NCBI GenBank assembly: GCA_036340075.1
Contig: JAYYZJ010000003.1
Coordinates: forward strand, 64,001-128,000
Direction: 5' to 3'
Origin: Thermodesulfobacteriota bacterium
GTDB lineage: Bacteria; Desulfobacterota_D; UBA1144
DNA length: 64,000 nucleotides
Part shown: piece by piece, positions 1 through 10,817 of the stretch
Layout of the letters: every line of letters starts with the position of its first letter
Position numbering within the stretch: position 1 is the first letter of the stretch
Program-made: the position numbers and the translations under genes
The notes under the pieces: generated by a model
What the model was told of the DNA's origin: nothing
Database searches by the model: none
The model's input: the letters and a program-made list of their open reading frames with translations, nothing else

Positions 1-642
1 ATATATAAAGGTTTTTCAGAGATTGGATATCCTACCAAGATTATTGCAATAGGTTTAAATTATCATGATCACGCAGAGGAAATGAAAAAAAAGCCTCCTG
101 CCGAACCTTTAATGTTTTTAAAGCCTCCATCGTCTCTTATTGCTTGGAATGAGGATATTATATATCCGAACCATATGAGCTCTAGAGTAGACTATGAGGG
201 GGAACTTGGAATAGTTATTAAAAAAGAAGCTAAGTGGGTGAGCGTAAATGAAGCTCAAAATTACATTTTAGGCGGATTGTGTGTAAATGACGTTACTGCA
301 CGAGATTTACAGTCTTTGGATATTCAATTTTCTCGGGCAAAAGGTTTTGATACATTTTGTCCTGTCGGTCCTTCTGTATCAGATGAAATTGATTATCAAA
401 ATGTTAAAATCAAAACTATCGTTAATGGGGAGACAAAACAAGAATCAAGTACTTCGAATATGGTTCATAGTGTAAATTTTTTAATTAGTTTTATAAGTAA
501 AATTATGACTTTAAATAGAGGGGATTTAATTCTAACAGGAACACCTGGTGGTATAGGTCAATTAAAAGATAAAGATATTGTAAGTGTAAATATTGAGGGC
601 CTCGAAGGAACTAGAAATAAAGTTTCATTGAGGATTAAATAA
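1..642 (+). CDS. Fumarylacetoacetate hydrolase family protein, 5'-truncated by the window edge
   Basis: Frame is open from position 1 (IYKGFSEIGYPTKIIAIGLNYHDHAEEM...). FAH motifs GLNY.DH, FLKPPSS, DYEGELG, NDVTARD, AKGFDTF.P.GP and GD.ILTGTP.G are present. Confidence 0.9.
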   Translation: MYKGFSEIGYPTKIIAIGLNYHDHAEEMKKKPPAEPLMFLKPPSSLIAWNEDIIYPNHMSSRVDYEGELGIVIKKEAKWVSVNEAQNYILGGLCVNDVTARDLQSLDIQFSRAKGFDTFCPVGPSVSDEIDYQNVKIKTIVNGETKQESSTSNMVHSVNFLISFISKIMTLNRGDLILTGTPGGIGQLKDKDIVSVNIEGLEGTRNKVSLRIK

Positions 643-658
643 TATATTAGGAGAAATT

Positions 659-1744
659 ATGTCAAAAATCTTAATTTTGCCAGGCGATGGAATTGGTATA
701 GAGGTTACAGATGAATGTATAAAAATTTTGAATTACTTCAAAGATACATTCGAAATAGAATTCGAAAAAGAGATTTTTGGAGGTGCATCAATTGATAAAA
801 ATGGACAGCCACTTACTCAAGAAGTTCTTGATAAAGCTTTGACTTCAGATGCTGTACTGCTAGGAGCAGTAGGGGGCGAGAAGTGGGAGAGCATTGACCA
901 TAATTTAAAACCTGAAAAAGGCTTGTTGATGTTGAGAAAAGAACTGGAAACTTTTGCGAATTTGCGACCTGGCAAAGTTTTTTCTTCATTATTAAGTGCT
1001 TCTTCCTTAAAAGAGGAAATAGTTAACCATACTGATATTCTCGTGATAAGAGAATTAACTGGTGGGATATATTTTGGTGAGCCACGATTTCTTAAAGATA
1101 TTAATAATAAAAGAGTTGGTGCTAATACTTTAATATACGATGAGGAAGAAATTGTAAGAGTCGCGAGAGTAGCTTTTAATTACGCCAGAAAAAGAAAAAA
1201 CAAAGTCACATCGCTAGATAAGGCAAATGTCTTAGAAGTTATGCAACTCTGGAGAGATGTAGTTAATGAAGTTCATAAAGCTGAATTTAGTGATGTTGAG
1301 CTAGAACATCTTTACATTGATAATGCCGCCATGCAGGTTATTAAAAGACCATCTACCTTCGATGTTATACTAGCTGGCAATCTTTTTGGAGATATAATTA
1401 GTGACGAGATTGCTGAGCTCACTGGATCTTTGGGTATGCTGCCGTCTGCATCAATAGGAGAGAGCTCTGCAATCTATGAGCCAGTACATGGAAGTGCACC
1501 GGATATTGCGGGAAAGAATATAGCCAATCCGATAGCGGCAATTTTATCTCTTTCTATGTTGTTTAAATACTCCCTTAATTTAGACAAAGTATCTGAATTG
1601 ATTGATACCGCTGTTTCGAATACTTTAGATTCTGGCATTAGGACTAGGGATATAAACAACAATCAATCTGAGCCTGTGAATTGTTCTGAAATGGGTGATA
1701 AGATTCTTGCAAACATAGATGAAATCAAGTCAAAATTTATCTAA
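659..1744 (+). CDS. leuB: 3-isopropylmalate dehydrogenase
   Basis: LPGDGIG.EV, RELTGGIYFG, DKANVL, NLFGDIISD and YEPVHGSAPDIAG motifs; SD AGGAG upstream. Confidence 0.95.
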   Translation: MSKILILPGDGIGIEVTDECIKILNYFKDTFEIEFEKEIFGGASIDKNGQPLTQEVLDKALTSDAVLLGAVGGEKWESIDHNLKPEKGLLMLRKELETFANLRPGKVFSSLLSASSLKEEIVNHTDILVIRELTGGIYFGEPRFLKDINNKRVGANTLIYDEEEIVRVARVAFNYARKRKNKVTSLDKANVLEVMQLWRDVVNEVHKAEFSDVELEHLYIDNAAMQVIKRPSTFDVILAGNLFGDIISDEIAELTGSLGMLPSASIGESSAIYEPVHGSAPDIAGKNIANPIAAILSLSMLFKYSLNLDKVSELIDTAVSNTLDSGIRTRDINNNQSEPVNCSEMGDKILANIDEIKSKFI

Positions 1745-4700
1745 AAATTCTACTGCTTTTGAGAAAGGAATGATTAAGTCCTTAAATATTGATTTAAACA
1801 AAGATACTTCATACGCTATATATGGCTCTAATGATTTTATAAACTCAGCCATCATTGCTGATTTATATGAAAAAGAACTCGAGGATATTTTTTTTGTTAC
1901 GGATAACCCAAAAAGATGCCAAATGTTAATTGAGCATCTAGAACAAAGTTTCAATATTCCTAGCTTCTATTTAGAAAATGAAATTTTTCATTCTGAAGCT
2001 GATTCTAATAACGGTAGAAAATTTTCTTTGAATCTATTTTCATTTCTAGAGCAACATCAATACAGAAGAATAAAATTTATTGATACTAAAAATCTGCTTC
2101 ACAAATTTAAAAGAAGAAGACGGATGGAATGCAAAAAAATTCAAAGAGATGCCTCTTCTTTTAATAGAGATGGATTAATTAGTCAACTTATTGAATTTGA
2201 TTACAGAGAAAAAGAATTTATAGAAGAACTTGGAGATTATGCTGTTAGAGGATCGATAATTGATTTTTTTTCACCATCAGAACCCTTCCCAATAAGGGTT
2301 GAATTTAAAAATGATAATCCATCGTCTTTTCAAATCTTTGATCTTGAAAATGAACGAAGGACCGGTGAAATTCTTGATGAAATTACAATAATGAATATTA
2401 AATCAGAAGCTGATCCAATGGTAGCTTCTGACATGACACTTTTAGAATTAATTGATTCAAAATCTATTCTTATTTTTGATTCAGAATCTGATTTCACCTT
2501 GTTTGGAAGTAGTAGAAAAAAAATATTTGATTTATTAGGTAAAAAGAAAACACTCTTTCTAAATCCAACACATCCCATTGATTCTGCAACCAATCTTAAT
2601 CTGGATTTAGAGCTAATCAGAGAGCCTTATGACCTTTCGTTAGAATTTATAAAGGAAATTATCAACGAAAGGGCCGACTTAAAAAAAGTTTATCTAGTAA
2701 CAGATGCTGCTACCAAGAGGAATCTTATTGGTGATTTAGAGAAAAAAATCTTAGGAAAGATAATCTTTGTTGATGGATTTTTGAGAAAATCTTTTTATCT
2801 GAAGAACAACAAGAATCTTTATTTATCTTTCAATAAAACGGTCTCCAATAAAGACTCTAATACGTATGCTAATCAATCATTTAAATTGTCTAATTTTATG
2901 GATTTAGAACTAGGAGACTATGTTGTTCACAGAGACTTTGGTTTAAGTCTCTACAAAGGAATAAAAAATAAAACAATAAACGGTTCTGTTGTTGATTTTA
3001 TTGAATGTCAATTTGATCTAAATGACAAACTTCTTATACCAATTGACAAGATTAGCTTGATTCAAAAATATATAGGCGGGAATAAGAGTATTAGACTGGA
3101 TTCATTAAGAAGCAGAAGCTGGATAGGCAAAGTAAAGAAAGCTAAAAGAGTAGCAGAAAATGTAGCAAGAGAAATATTGAGTCTTTATGCTCAAAGGAAA
3201 TCAGCAGATGGCTTTTCTTATCAAATTAATGAAAAAGAAATCGCTGAATTTGAAGATAGGTTTGAATATCAAGAAACTAGGGATCAAAAAAATGCAATAA
3301 TTAGCACATATCAAGACATGCAATCGTCTAAGCCTATGGATAGACTTATTTGCGGTGATGTAGGCTTTGGGAAAACAGAGGTAGCACTGAGGGCATCTTT
3401 CCTTGCCTCAATTAACTCAAAACAGACTGTTATTATAGCTCCAACAACTCCTCTTGTTCATCAACATTTAAATACCTTCTTAAAACGATTTAAGGATTTG
3501 CCTATAAAGGTGGAGGCTCTCTCTAGATTTGTAAAACCAAAAAAAGTCTTAATGATTCAAAAAGAATTAGCCGAAGGCAAAATTGATATAGTAGTTGGTA
3601 CTAACAAAATCTTATCAGATAAAATCAAATTTAAGAATTTAGGATTGATAATAATAGACGAAGAACATAAATTTGGTGTATCAGCAAAAGAAAAGATTAA
3701 AAAGATTAAGGTTGGTATAGACTCTTTGAGTCTTTCTGCCACACCGATACCTCGTACTCTTCAACTTTCTCTTTCTGGATTAAGAGACATAAGCCTCATT
3801 GGGACCCCTCCAAAAGAAAGATTAGGGGTTGAAACTTATATAGATAAATATAATGAAGAAAAAATCAAAAAAGCAATTGAATATGAAAGAGAAAGGGGCG
3901 GAAAAGTGTTCTTTATTCACAATGAAATAAAAACTATAGAAAAAATTTTCCAGGTTCTAAAAAAATTGCTACCTAATGAAAAAATAGATTATGTACATGG
4001 AAGGATGAAAAGTACTGACATCGAAAATCGCTTAAAACAATTTATTGATGGTGACATATCAATACTAATTACTACTACGATTGTGGAATCTGGTCTTGAT
4101 ATCAAAACAGTTAACACAATGATAATCAATAATGCTCATAATTTCGGATTATCTGATCTTTACCAGCTTCGTGGGAGAATTGGGCGAGGCTCAGTTAAAG
4201 GGATAGCATATCTTATCATTCCGGATAAAGAGATAACTGACAATGCGAAAAAAAGATTGGCCGCAATGAAAAGACTGACAAAACTTGGCTCTGGTTTTAA
4301 TTTAGCTCTAGAAGATTTAGAAATAAGAGGAGCAGGAAATTTATTTGGTATAGAGCAATCAGGAAAAATATATGATGTTGGAATAGAATTTTATCTTGAC
4401 TTGTTAGAGAAAGAAATTAATCAAATCAGGAACAATACCGCTGAAATCTCATTCAACCCAGAAGTTGAAGTTAACGAGAGTCTTTTTATTCCTAAAAGTT
4501 ACATATCGTCAGCAGAGAGAAGGTTGTTTTATTATAAAAGAATTTCCTTAATAGAAAGCGAAGATGATTCCGTTAGTTTGGTTGATGAATTGTTAGATAA
4601 ATTTGGTCCCATTCCTTATGAGCTCTTAAATTTAATACATATAGCTGATATAAAAATCCAAATGAGACGGTTGGGTGCTTCTAGGTTACAAATTAAAGCA

Positions 4701-4877
4701 AAGTCTCTAATAATTAAGGCAGTGAAACTAGATGAAATGAAAGATATTGACATGGAACTACCAAGAGAAGAGAAAGGACTGTATGAAACAGTACAATTTA
4801 TTAAAAAAACAAGAAGCCTGGAAGATCTCGTAGGGGATGATTATCAATTCAAAAGTGGTAGAATTTTAATAAAATAA
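1719..4877 (+). CDS. mfd: Transcription-repair coupling factor (N-terminal third divergent; start could be 1770)
   Basis: CarD-like RID (GDYVVHRDFG), PMDRLICGDVGFGKTE, IIDEEHKFG, SATPIPRTL, QLRGRIGR, DLEIRGAGN and a C-terminal TRCF domain. Confidence 0.93.
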   Translation: MKSSQNLSKNSTAFEKGMIKSLNIDLNKDTSYAIYGSNDFINSAIIADLYEKELEDIFFVTDNPKRCQMLIEHLEQSFNIPSFYLENEIFHSEADSNNGRKFSLNLFSFLEQHQYRRIKFIDTKNLLHKFKRRRRMECKKIQRDASSFNRDGLISQLIEFDYREKEFIEELGDYAVRGSIIDFFSPSEPFPIRVEFKNDNPSSFQIFDLENERRTGEILDEITIMNIKSEADPMVASDMTLLELIDSKSILIFDSESDFTLFGSSRKKIFDLLGKKKTLFLNPTHPIDSATNLNLDLELIREPYDLSLEFIKEIINERADLKKVYLVTDAATKRNLIGDLEKKILGKIIFVDGFLRKSFYLKNNKNLYLSFNKTVSNKDSNTYANQSFKLSNFMDLELGDYVVHRDFGLSLYKGIKNKTINGSVVDFIECQFDLNDKLLIPIDKISLIQKYIGGNKSIRLDSLRSRSWIGKVKKAKRVAENVAREILSLYAQRKSADGFSYQINEKEIAEFEDRFEYQETRDQKNAIISTYQDMQSSKPMDRLICGDVGFGKTEVALRASFLASINSKQTVIIAPTTPLVHQHLNTFLKRFKDLPIKVEALSRFVKPKKVLMIQKELAEGKIDIVVGTNKILSDKIKFKNLGLIIIDEEHKFGVSAKEKIKKIKVGIDSLSLSATPIPRTLQLSLSGLRDISLIGTPPKERLGVETYIDKYNEEKIKKAIEYERERGGKVFFIHNEIKTIEKIFQVLKKLLPNEKIDYVHGRMKSTDIENRLKQFIDGDISILITTTIVESGLDIKTVNTMIINNAHNFGLSDLYQLRGRIGRGSVKGIAYLIIPDKEITDNAKKRLAAMKRLTKLGSGFNLALEDLEIRGAGNLFGIEQSGKIYDVGIEFYLDLLEKEINQIRNNTAEISFNPEVEVNESLFIPKSYISSAERRLFYYKRISLIESEDDSVSLVDELLDKFGPIPYELLNLIHIADIKIQMRRLGASRLQIKAKSLIIKAVKLDEMKDIDMELPREEKGLYETVQFIKKTRSLEDLVGDDYQFKSGRILIK

Positions 4878-4887
4878 AAAGGTTCGT

Positions 4888-5793
4888 ATGAAAGCTTATA
4901 AAATATTATCTATCTTCTTAATTATAGTATTCTTTTTTTCTGTAACGTCTAAAGCTGAAATAAGTGATGGAGTTGCTGCTGTAGTAAACGATGAAGTTAT
5001 TTTTCTGTCTGATTTACAATCACATATTAAAGAAAGCGGTGACAACCCTTTGAATAAAAAAGTTTACTCCAAGTATCTAAAAGAGCTAATAGATTTAAAA
5101 TTGCTACAGCTCCAAGGGTCCAGAATGGGTATCGATGCAAGTGATGAAAAAATAGATCAAATAGAAAAAGACGTGAGAAAGAAAAACGGAGACAAAGTCT
5201 TTGAAGATGAATTAAAAAAGAATGGTTTAAGTGTATACAGGCTTCGTTTTGGTTGGAAAAATCAGATGCTCCAAGAAGGTATTAGATCGGTAGTACTAAG
5301 AAATAAAATTGTTATAACAGAGAAAGAAATAATTCAAAAATACAAAAAAACTTATGGGAATATTCAAGAAGAAAATCTAGTCAACCTTTCAATGATTTTA
5401 ATAGACACCAACAAGATAAAAGAGGGTCAAATAAAATCTATAGAAGAGAATTTAAGGGCATCAAACAATGTTGATTCTCTAGTTGATGAATTGTTAATAA
5501 GTGAACAAATTGAGCCATCATCAGGAAGTTTGGGTTTTGTTAATCCTGAGAACTTAGATAAAAAAGTAAAATCTGATATTAACTCATCAAAAGAAGGCGA
5601 TATAATTGGTCCATATGTTTCTGAGAATATAATAAAATTTATTATTGTTGGAAAAAAACAATTTGGGGATGTTGATTACATAAAGAATAAAGATAAAATC
5701 TATGAAACCATATACCAAGAAAAATCTTTAACTCTGCTTCAGAAGTGGTTCCAAGAGTTAAGAGACAATGCTTATATATCAATCAGAATATAA
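4888..5793 (+). CDS. SurA-like periplasmic chaperone / parvulin PPIase
   Basis: Signal peptide, AAVVNDEVI.LSDL SurA N-domain, GSLGFV remnant of the parvulin domain, C-terminal W.QELR..AYI.I; lies downstream of mfd. Confidence 0.75.
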   Translation: MKAYKILSIFLIIVFFFSVTSKAEISDGVAAVVNDEVIFLSDLQSHIKESGDNPLNKKVYSKYLKELIDLKLLQLQGSRMGIDASDEKIDQIEKDVRKKNGDKVFEDELKKNGLSVYRLRFGWKNQMLQEGIRSVVLRNKIVITEKEIIQKYKKTYGNIQEENLVNLSMILIDTNKIKEGQIKSIEENLRASNNVDSLVDELLISEQIEPSSGSLGFVNPENLDKKVKSDINSSKEGDIIGPYVSENIIKFIIVGKKQFGDVDYIKNKDKIYETIYQEKSLTLLQKWFQELRDNAYISIRI

Positions 5794-5807
5794 ACCAAGA
5801 TAAGAAG

Positions 5808-8720
5808 TTAACCGGTTTTGTATTCTTCTATAGGTATGCAGCTACAGACAAAATTTTTGTCTCCGTATGCATTATTTACTCTTCCTACAGGTGAAATATA
5901 TCTAACAACATCTTGGGAAGCACTTTGCAAAGGGAAGGCAACGTCGAGCGAATAATTAAAATTATTATTCATTATATCAAAAAAAGTATGGGGGGCATTC
6001 TTAAGTGGGGAGTCCTTTGCTTCTGAAATATTTGAGTAAGTTATAATTTCTGCATGTATAGATATTAATGCATTACAGAATCGATCAAGCTCCTTTTGTG
6101 ACTCACTCTCTGTTGGTTCTATCATTAATGTACCAGCTACTGGGAAGGACATAGTCGGAGCATGAAATCCATAATCAATAAGTCTTTTTGCTATATCCTC
6201 TTCTGTTACCCCATGAGTTTTCCTTATGTCTCTTAAGTCTATTATGCATTCATGTGCAACTCTGTCGTTTCTTCCAGAGTAAAGAATTGGGAAGTAGGGT
6301 TTTAGTCTTTTTGCTATATAATTGGCATTTAGAATTGCAATTTGCGTTGCTTTTTTAATTCCTGCTGGTCCCATCATCATGATATACATCAAAGATATTG
6401 GCAAAATTGATGCACTTCCCCAAGGAGCAGAAGAAATAGGACCAAAACTCGATGGTGGTCCTGCATTCTTGATTACACTATGGCCTGGAAGGAAATTTGA
6501 TAAATGCTCTTTGACTGCTATAGGCCCTACTCCAGGACCTCCTCCTCCATGTGGTATACAAAATGTTTTATGTAAATTAATGTGGCACAAGTCTGGTCCA
6601 AAATGACCTGGTTTTGATATGCCAACTATTGCATTGAGATTGGCTCCATCCATATAAACTTGTCCTCCTGCATCATGAACCATGCGGCATATTTTACCAA
6701 TATTCTCTTCAAAGACACCATGAGTAGAGGGATAAGTAATCATTAAAGTAGAGATTTTGTCTGGATGCTGCTGGATTTTATTTGCTAAGTCAGTCGTGTC
6801 TACATTTCCTTTATCGTCGCAATCCACTATTTCAACTTCGAGTCCAGCTAGTACCGCACTAGCTGGATTTGTTCCATGAGCAGAGCTTGGAATTAGACAT
6901 ATATTTCTTTTTGACTCTCCGGTCGCTTCTTGAAAAGCTCTTATAGTCATTAGGCCAGCAAGCTCTCCTTGTGCCCCTGCATTTGGTTGAAGTGATACTG
7001 AGTCAAAACCTGTAATGTCAGATAACATTTTTTTTAATTTTTCTATTATAAATTCATATCCTCTAGCTTGAGATTTTGGAACAAATGGATGTATAGAGTT
7101 AATTTTTTCCCAACTTATTGGAATCATCTCACTAGTGGAATTCAATTTCATAGTACAGGAACCTAAAGGAATCATTGACTTGTTTAAAGCAATGTCTTTG
7201 TCTTCTAAATTCTTTATGTATCTAACAAAATCAGTCTCTGATTTATATGAATTAAATACAGGGTGAAGAAGGTAGTCTTCGAATCTAACAAGATTCTTCG
7301 GTATTACTTCCAAATCAGAAGATAAAGAATTGCTTATCTCGTCTAATTCAAAATTTTTACCTCCTGAGAAACACCTAAGAATTTTCTTTAAATCATCTCT
7401 GGTTGTTTTCTCATCAAGAGATATTGTGATTATTTCATTCGAAAAATATCGAAAATTTAATCTGTTTTTTTGTGCTTGAGATTTTATTGATGATATTTTC
7501 TTCTTAGAGACTTTGATTGCTATGGTGTCAAAATAAACCTTGTTAAGTAAATCAAAACCTAATTCTGCCAAACTCTTGCTAAGAATACGAGCAAGATTAT
7601 GGACTCTCAGCCCTATTCTTCTTATTCCCTTTGGTCCATTGTAGATTGCATATGCAGCTGCAGTTATTGCCAATAAAGCTTGGGCAGTGCATATATTGCT
7701 TGTAGCCTTTTCCCTTCTGATATGCTGCTCTCGAGTTTGGAGAGCCATTCTATATGCAAGGTTATTGTTTTTATCTACGGATCTTCCTATAATTCTTCCG
7801 GGCAGTAGTCTTTTGAATTCTTCTTTGCATGCTATAAAGGCTGCGTGCGGTCCTCCAAAACCCATTGGGACTCCAAATCTTTGTGAGTTACCAATTGCAA
7901 TATCTGCACCCAGCTCTCCGGGGGATTTAATTATAGATAGAGCAAGCAAATCGGATGCTAATATTGTAATTACTCCATTAGACTTGGCTTTTTTAATCAA
8001 GAATTCGTAATTATCAATCGAGCCAAGGGTGTCTGGGTATTGAGCTATAAATCCAAAAGCATTATCGTTTTCTTGTAATAATAAATCTAGATTTCCTATT
8101 TTAATTTCTATATTAAGCGGTTTTGCTCTTGTCTCAAGCAAGCTAATTGTTTGAGGGTGACATAAATCGGAGACAAGAAAAACATTTCTGTTTTCCTTGC
8201 AAGCTCTAAGGGCTACCATCATAGCTTCAACTGCTGATGTACCTTCATCTAGCAAAGATGCATTAGACACTTCCAGCCCCGTAAAATCCATTATCATTTG
8301 TTGATAATTGATTAACATCTCTAATCTGCCCTGTGAAACTTCTGGCTGATAAGGAGTATAGGCTGTATACCAACCAGGGTTTTCTAATATATTTCTTAAG
8401 ATAACATTTGGTGTAGTTGTATTATGGTATCCCATTCCGATAAAACTTTTAAAAATTTCGTTCTCATCTATTTTATCTTTAAGGAAATTAATTGCTTCGG
8501 TTTCACTTAGAGGTTCGTCAATTCCCAATGGTACATCAAGCAATATTTGATTTGGAACTGCAGATAAAATTAAATCTTCTAAGCTTTTATATTCTAAAAA
8601 ATTTAACATATAGGTGATTTCAGAATCTGAACTTCCTATATGTCTATCAATAAAAGAAAAATAATCTTTTCCTTCGGACAAATTAATATCTAATTTTTTA
8701 TTTTGTTCTTCTTTATTCAT
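5808..8720 (-). CDS. gcvP: Glycine dehydrogenase (decarboxylating), single-chain P protein
   Basis: F..RHIG, YTAYTPYQPE.SQGRLE, LQTREQHIRREKATSNICTAQ, GSCTMKLN and NLHKTFCIPHGGGGPG. Start placed at MNKEE (8720), which overlaps the gcvH end. Confidence 0.95.
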   Translation of the reverse strand: MNKEEQNKKLDINLSEGKDYFSFIDRHIGSSDSEITYMLNFLEYKSLEDLILSAVPNQILLDVPLGIDEPLSETEAINFLKDKIDENEIFKSFIGMGYHNTTTPNVILRNILENPGWYTAYTPYQPEVSQGRLEMLINYQQMIMDFTGLEVSNASLLDEGTSAVEAMMVALRACKENRNVFLVSDLCHPQTISLLETRAKPLNIEIKIGNLDLLLQENDNAFGFIAQYPDTLGSIDNYEFLIKKAKSNGVITILASDLLALSIIKSPGELGADIAIGNSQRFGVPMGFGGPHAAFIACKEEFKRLLPGRIIGRSVDKNNNLAYRMALQTREQHIRREKATSNICTAQALLAITAAAYAIYNGPKGIRRIGLRVHNLARILSKSLAELGFDLLNKVYFDTIAIKVSKKKISSIKSQAQKNRLNFRYFSNEIITISLDEKTTRDDLKKILRCFSGGKNFELDEISNSLSSDLEVIPKNLVRFEDYLLHPVFNSYKSETDFVRYIKNLEDKDIALNKSMIPLGSCTMKLNSTSEMIPISWEKINSIHPFVPKSQARGYEFIIEKLKKMLSDITGFDSVSLQPNAGAQGELAGLMTIRAFQEATGESKRNICLIPSSAHGTNPASAVLAGLEVEIVDCDDKGNVDTTDLANKIQQHPDKISTLMITYPSTHGVFEENIGKICRMVHDAGGQVYMDGANLNAIVGISKPGHFGPDLCHINLHKTFCIPHGGGGPGVGPIAVKEHLSNFLPGHSVIKNAGPPSSFGPISSAPWGSASILPISLMYIMMMGPAGIKKATQIAILNANYIAKRLKPYFPILYSGRNDRVAHECIIDLRDIRKTHGVTEEDIAKRLIDYGFHAPTMSFPVAGTLMIEPTESESQKELDRFCNALISIHAEIITYSNISEAKDSPLKNAPHTFFDIMNNNFNYSLDVAFPLQSASQDVVRYISPVGRVNNAYGDKNFVCSCIPIEEYKTG

Positions 8721-9108
8721 CAATAAGCTTCTTATAGTCGTTCGGACTAAGCAAGGCATCTAAATCTTCCAATCTTTTTGGTTTGATTTTTATAATCCAC
8801 CCTGAATCATAAGGGCTTGTATTAATCAAATCTGGTTCGTTTTCTACTGCATTATTTATTTCTACTACTTCTCCAGCGATAGGAGAATATAAATCAGAAA
8901 CTGATTTTGTCGATTCTATTACTCCAAATGTTCCTGATTTGTCTAACATGGTTCCAACTTTAGGCAACTCAACAAAAACAATCTCACCAAGTGATTCTTG
9001 CGCATAATCAGTTATGCCTATTGTTACTAAACCCTCAGATTCTAGAGCCCATTCGTGATCTTCTGTGTATTTACATTCATCTTTGACTTCTGACAATTTA
9101 GACCTCAC
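8713..9108 (-). CDS. gcvH: Glycine cleavage system H protein
   Basis: YTEDHEW, GITDYAQ..LG.IVFVELP and the lipoyl-lysine motif IESTKSVSD; GTG start. Confidence 0.95.
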   Translation of the reverse strand: MRSKLSEVKDECKYTEDHEWALESEGLVTIGITDYAQESLGEIVFVELPKVGTMLDKSGTFGVIESTKSVSDLYSPIAGEVVEINNAVENEPDLINTSPYDSGWIIKIKPKRLEDLDALLSPNDYKKLIDE

Positions 9109-10220
9109 TTAATAAAAGGATAGGTGACCTTATGTGCATCCTCATATTTTTTCCGAATCTCGACCTGGAATTCATTAAGATTTGAAAATTTATTTTCTAT
9201 CAATCCCAAACAAATCCCTCTTTTAAGTATAGGAGAAAATGTTCCACTAGTCACATGTCCTATTATTTTATTTTCATTAAATATCTTGTATCCATGCCTA
9301 GGGATAGCTTTGTCATTCATCTCTAGGCCTATCAAAGTAAATTCTTTTTCTTGAATTTTCTCTGCTATGCTATCCTTGCCAATAAAGTCCTTTTTTGTCA
9401 TATCTATAAACTTTTCTAAATCTGAGTCTATGGGAGAAATTTCCTCACTTAGTTCGTTGCCATAAAGTGGGAAACCCATTTCAATCCTTAAGGTGTCTCT
9501 GGAACCTAATCCACAAGGTATTGGTGTCAAGTTTTTGTTCTCAATTAGAGTTTTATATACATCCTTAATCATCTCATTTGGGACAAATAGCTCAAAACCT
9601 TCTTCTCCTGTATATCCAGTACGAGCAATTAAGAAATTGTTTCCATTCGGACATTTCCATTTAAGATTATCCGCGTAGCTTTCTTCTAGCTCTAGAATAG
9701 ATGCAATACGATATTTTTTAATTGATTTGATTTCTGACAAAGGAAACAATTCGTCCATGAAATCAATTGAGTTAGGTCCTTGAATTGCTAATTGCCCATA
9801 GAAGTCAGATAGGTTTTTTATCTCTACATTATATGTGTTGGAATTTTCTAACAACCAATCAAATACTTTGGATACATTACCGGCATTTACACATATGAAA
9901 TAAGCACCATTAAGCATTTTGTATATAATTACATCGTCAACCACTCCACCTGATTGATTACAAATGAATCCATAACGAGCCTGCCCATCGGATAAATTTA
10001 AAATTGAATTCGTGAAAATATAGTCAACAAAAACTTCGGAGTCTGTTCCTGAAATCTCTATTTCTCCCATATGGCTTACATCAAATATGCCTAAGCTCTC
10101 TCTGACACACAGATGCTCTTCTTTCAGTCCTTCAAACCATACGGGCATATGCCATCCGTTGAATTCTACAAACTTTGCACCCATTTTGTCATGGAATTCA
10201 TAAAGGGGGGTAGTTTTCAT
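9105..10220 (-). CDS. gcvT: Glycine cleavage system aminomethyltransferase T
   Basis: TPLY..H, FDVSHMGE, RTGYTGE.GFE and GLG.RDTLR.E.G..LYG motifs; first gene of gcvTHP. Confidence 0.95.
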   Translation of the reverse strand: MKTTPLYEFHDKMGAKFVEFNGWHMPVWFEGLKEEHLCVRESLGIFDVSHMGEIEISGTDSEVFVDYIFTNSILNLSDGQARYGFICNQSGGVVDDVIIYKMLNGAYFICVNAGNVSKVFDWLLENSNTYNVEIKNLSDFYGQLAIQGPNSIDFMDELFPLSEIKSIKKYRIASILELEESYADNLKWKCPNGNNFLIARTGYTGEEGFELFVPNEMIKDVYKTLIENKNLTPIPCGLGSRDTLRIEMGFPLYGNELSEEISPIDSDLEKFIDMTKKDFIGKDSIAEKIQEKEFTLIGLEMNDKAIPRHGYKIFNENKIIGHVTSGTFSPILKRGICLGLIENKFSNLNEFQVEIRKKYEDAHKVTYPFIK

Positions 10221-10263
10221 TACTAATTATTTTACCGGATTTTCTTAATATGTTTGATAGAAT

Positions 10264-10605
10264 TTACTTGATACTTGAAACAAGTTCTTTAAATTTCTCT
10301 GGATGCTCCATAGCAAGTTCGGAAAGAATTTTTCTATCTAAATCAATATTCTTTAGTTTTAGCGAATGTATAAATTTACTGTAAGTCAGTCCCTCTTCTC
10401 GTAATGCTGCATTAATTCTAACAATCCACAAAGCGCGTTGTGTTCGCTTCTTCACCCTTCTATCACGATAAGAATATGCCATTCCTCTCAATATAGTTTC
10501 TTTGGCTCGTCTGTAAACATTTTTCCTTTGACCCCAAAAACCCTTAGTTTGTTTGAGCAACCTATTCTTTCTTCTTTTTCTAGCAACACTAGTTTTTACT
10601 CTCAT
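10264..10605 (-). CDS. rplT: 50S ribosomal protein L20
   Basis: MRVK, Y.YRDR..KKR..R.LWI.RINAA and LDRK.L..LA motifs; in the thrS-infC-rpmI-rplT operon. Confidence 0.96.
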   Translation of the reverse strand: MRVKTSVARKRRKNRLLKQTKGFWGQRKNVYRRAKETILRGMAYSYRDRRVKKRTQRALWIVRINAALREEGLTYSKFIHSLKLKNIDLDRKILSELAMEHPEKFKELVSSIK

Positions 10606-10616
10606 TTATCTTTCCT

Positions 10617-10817
10617 TTATGCAAAAATGACTTTTCTTAGATTTCGGGCTTTCTTACCTTCAACCGTACTTGCTTCTCTCAGTCTTCGTATTCTTGACTC
10701 AGCTTTATGGACATTTCCATGATGCTTATTTCCCTTTATTCTCTTGAGCTTGCCATTTGATTTAAGTTTAAATCTTTTTGCAGCACTTCTATTGGACTTC
10801 ATCTTTTGATTTGCCAT
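10617..10817 (-). CDS. rpmI: 50S ribosomal protein L35
   Basis: KMKS.RSAAKRFK...GK.KR motif; lies between infC and rplT. Confidence 0.93.
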   Translation of the reverse strand: MANQKMKSNRSAAKRFKLKSNGKLKRIKGNKHHGNVHKAESRIRRLREASTVEGKKARNLRKVIFA

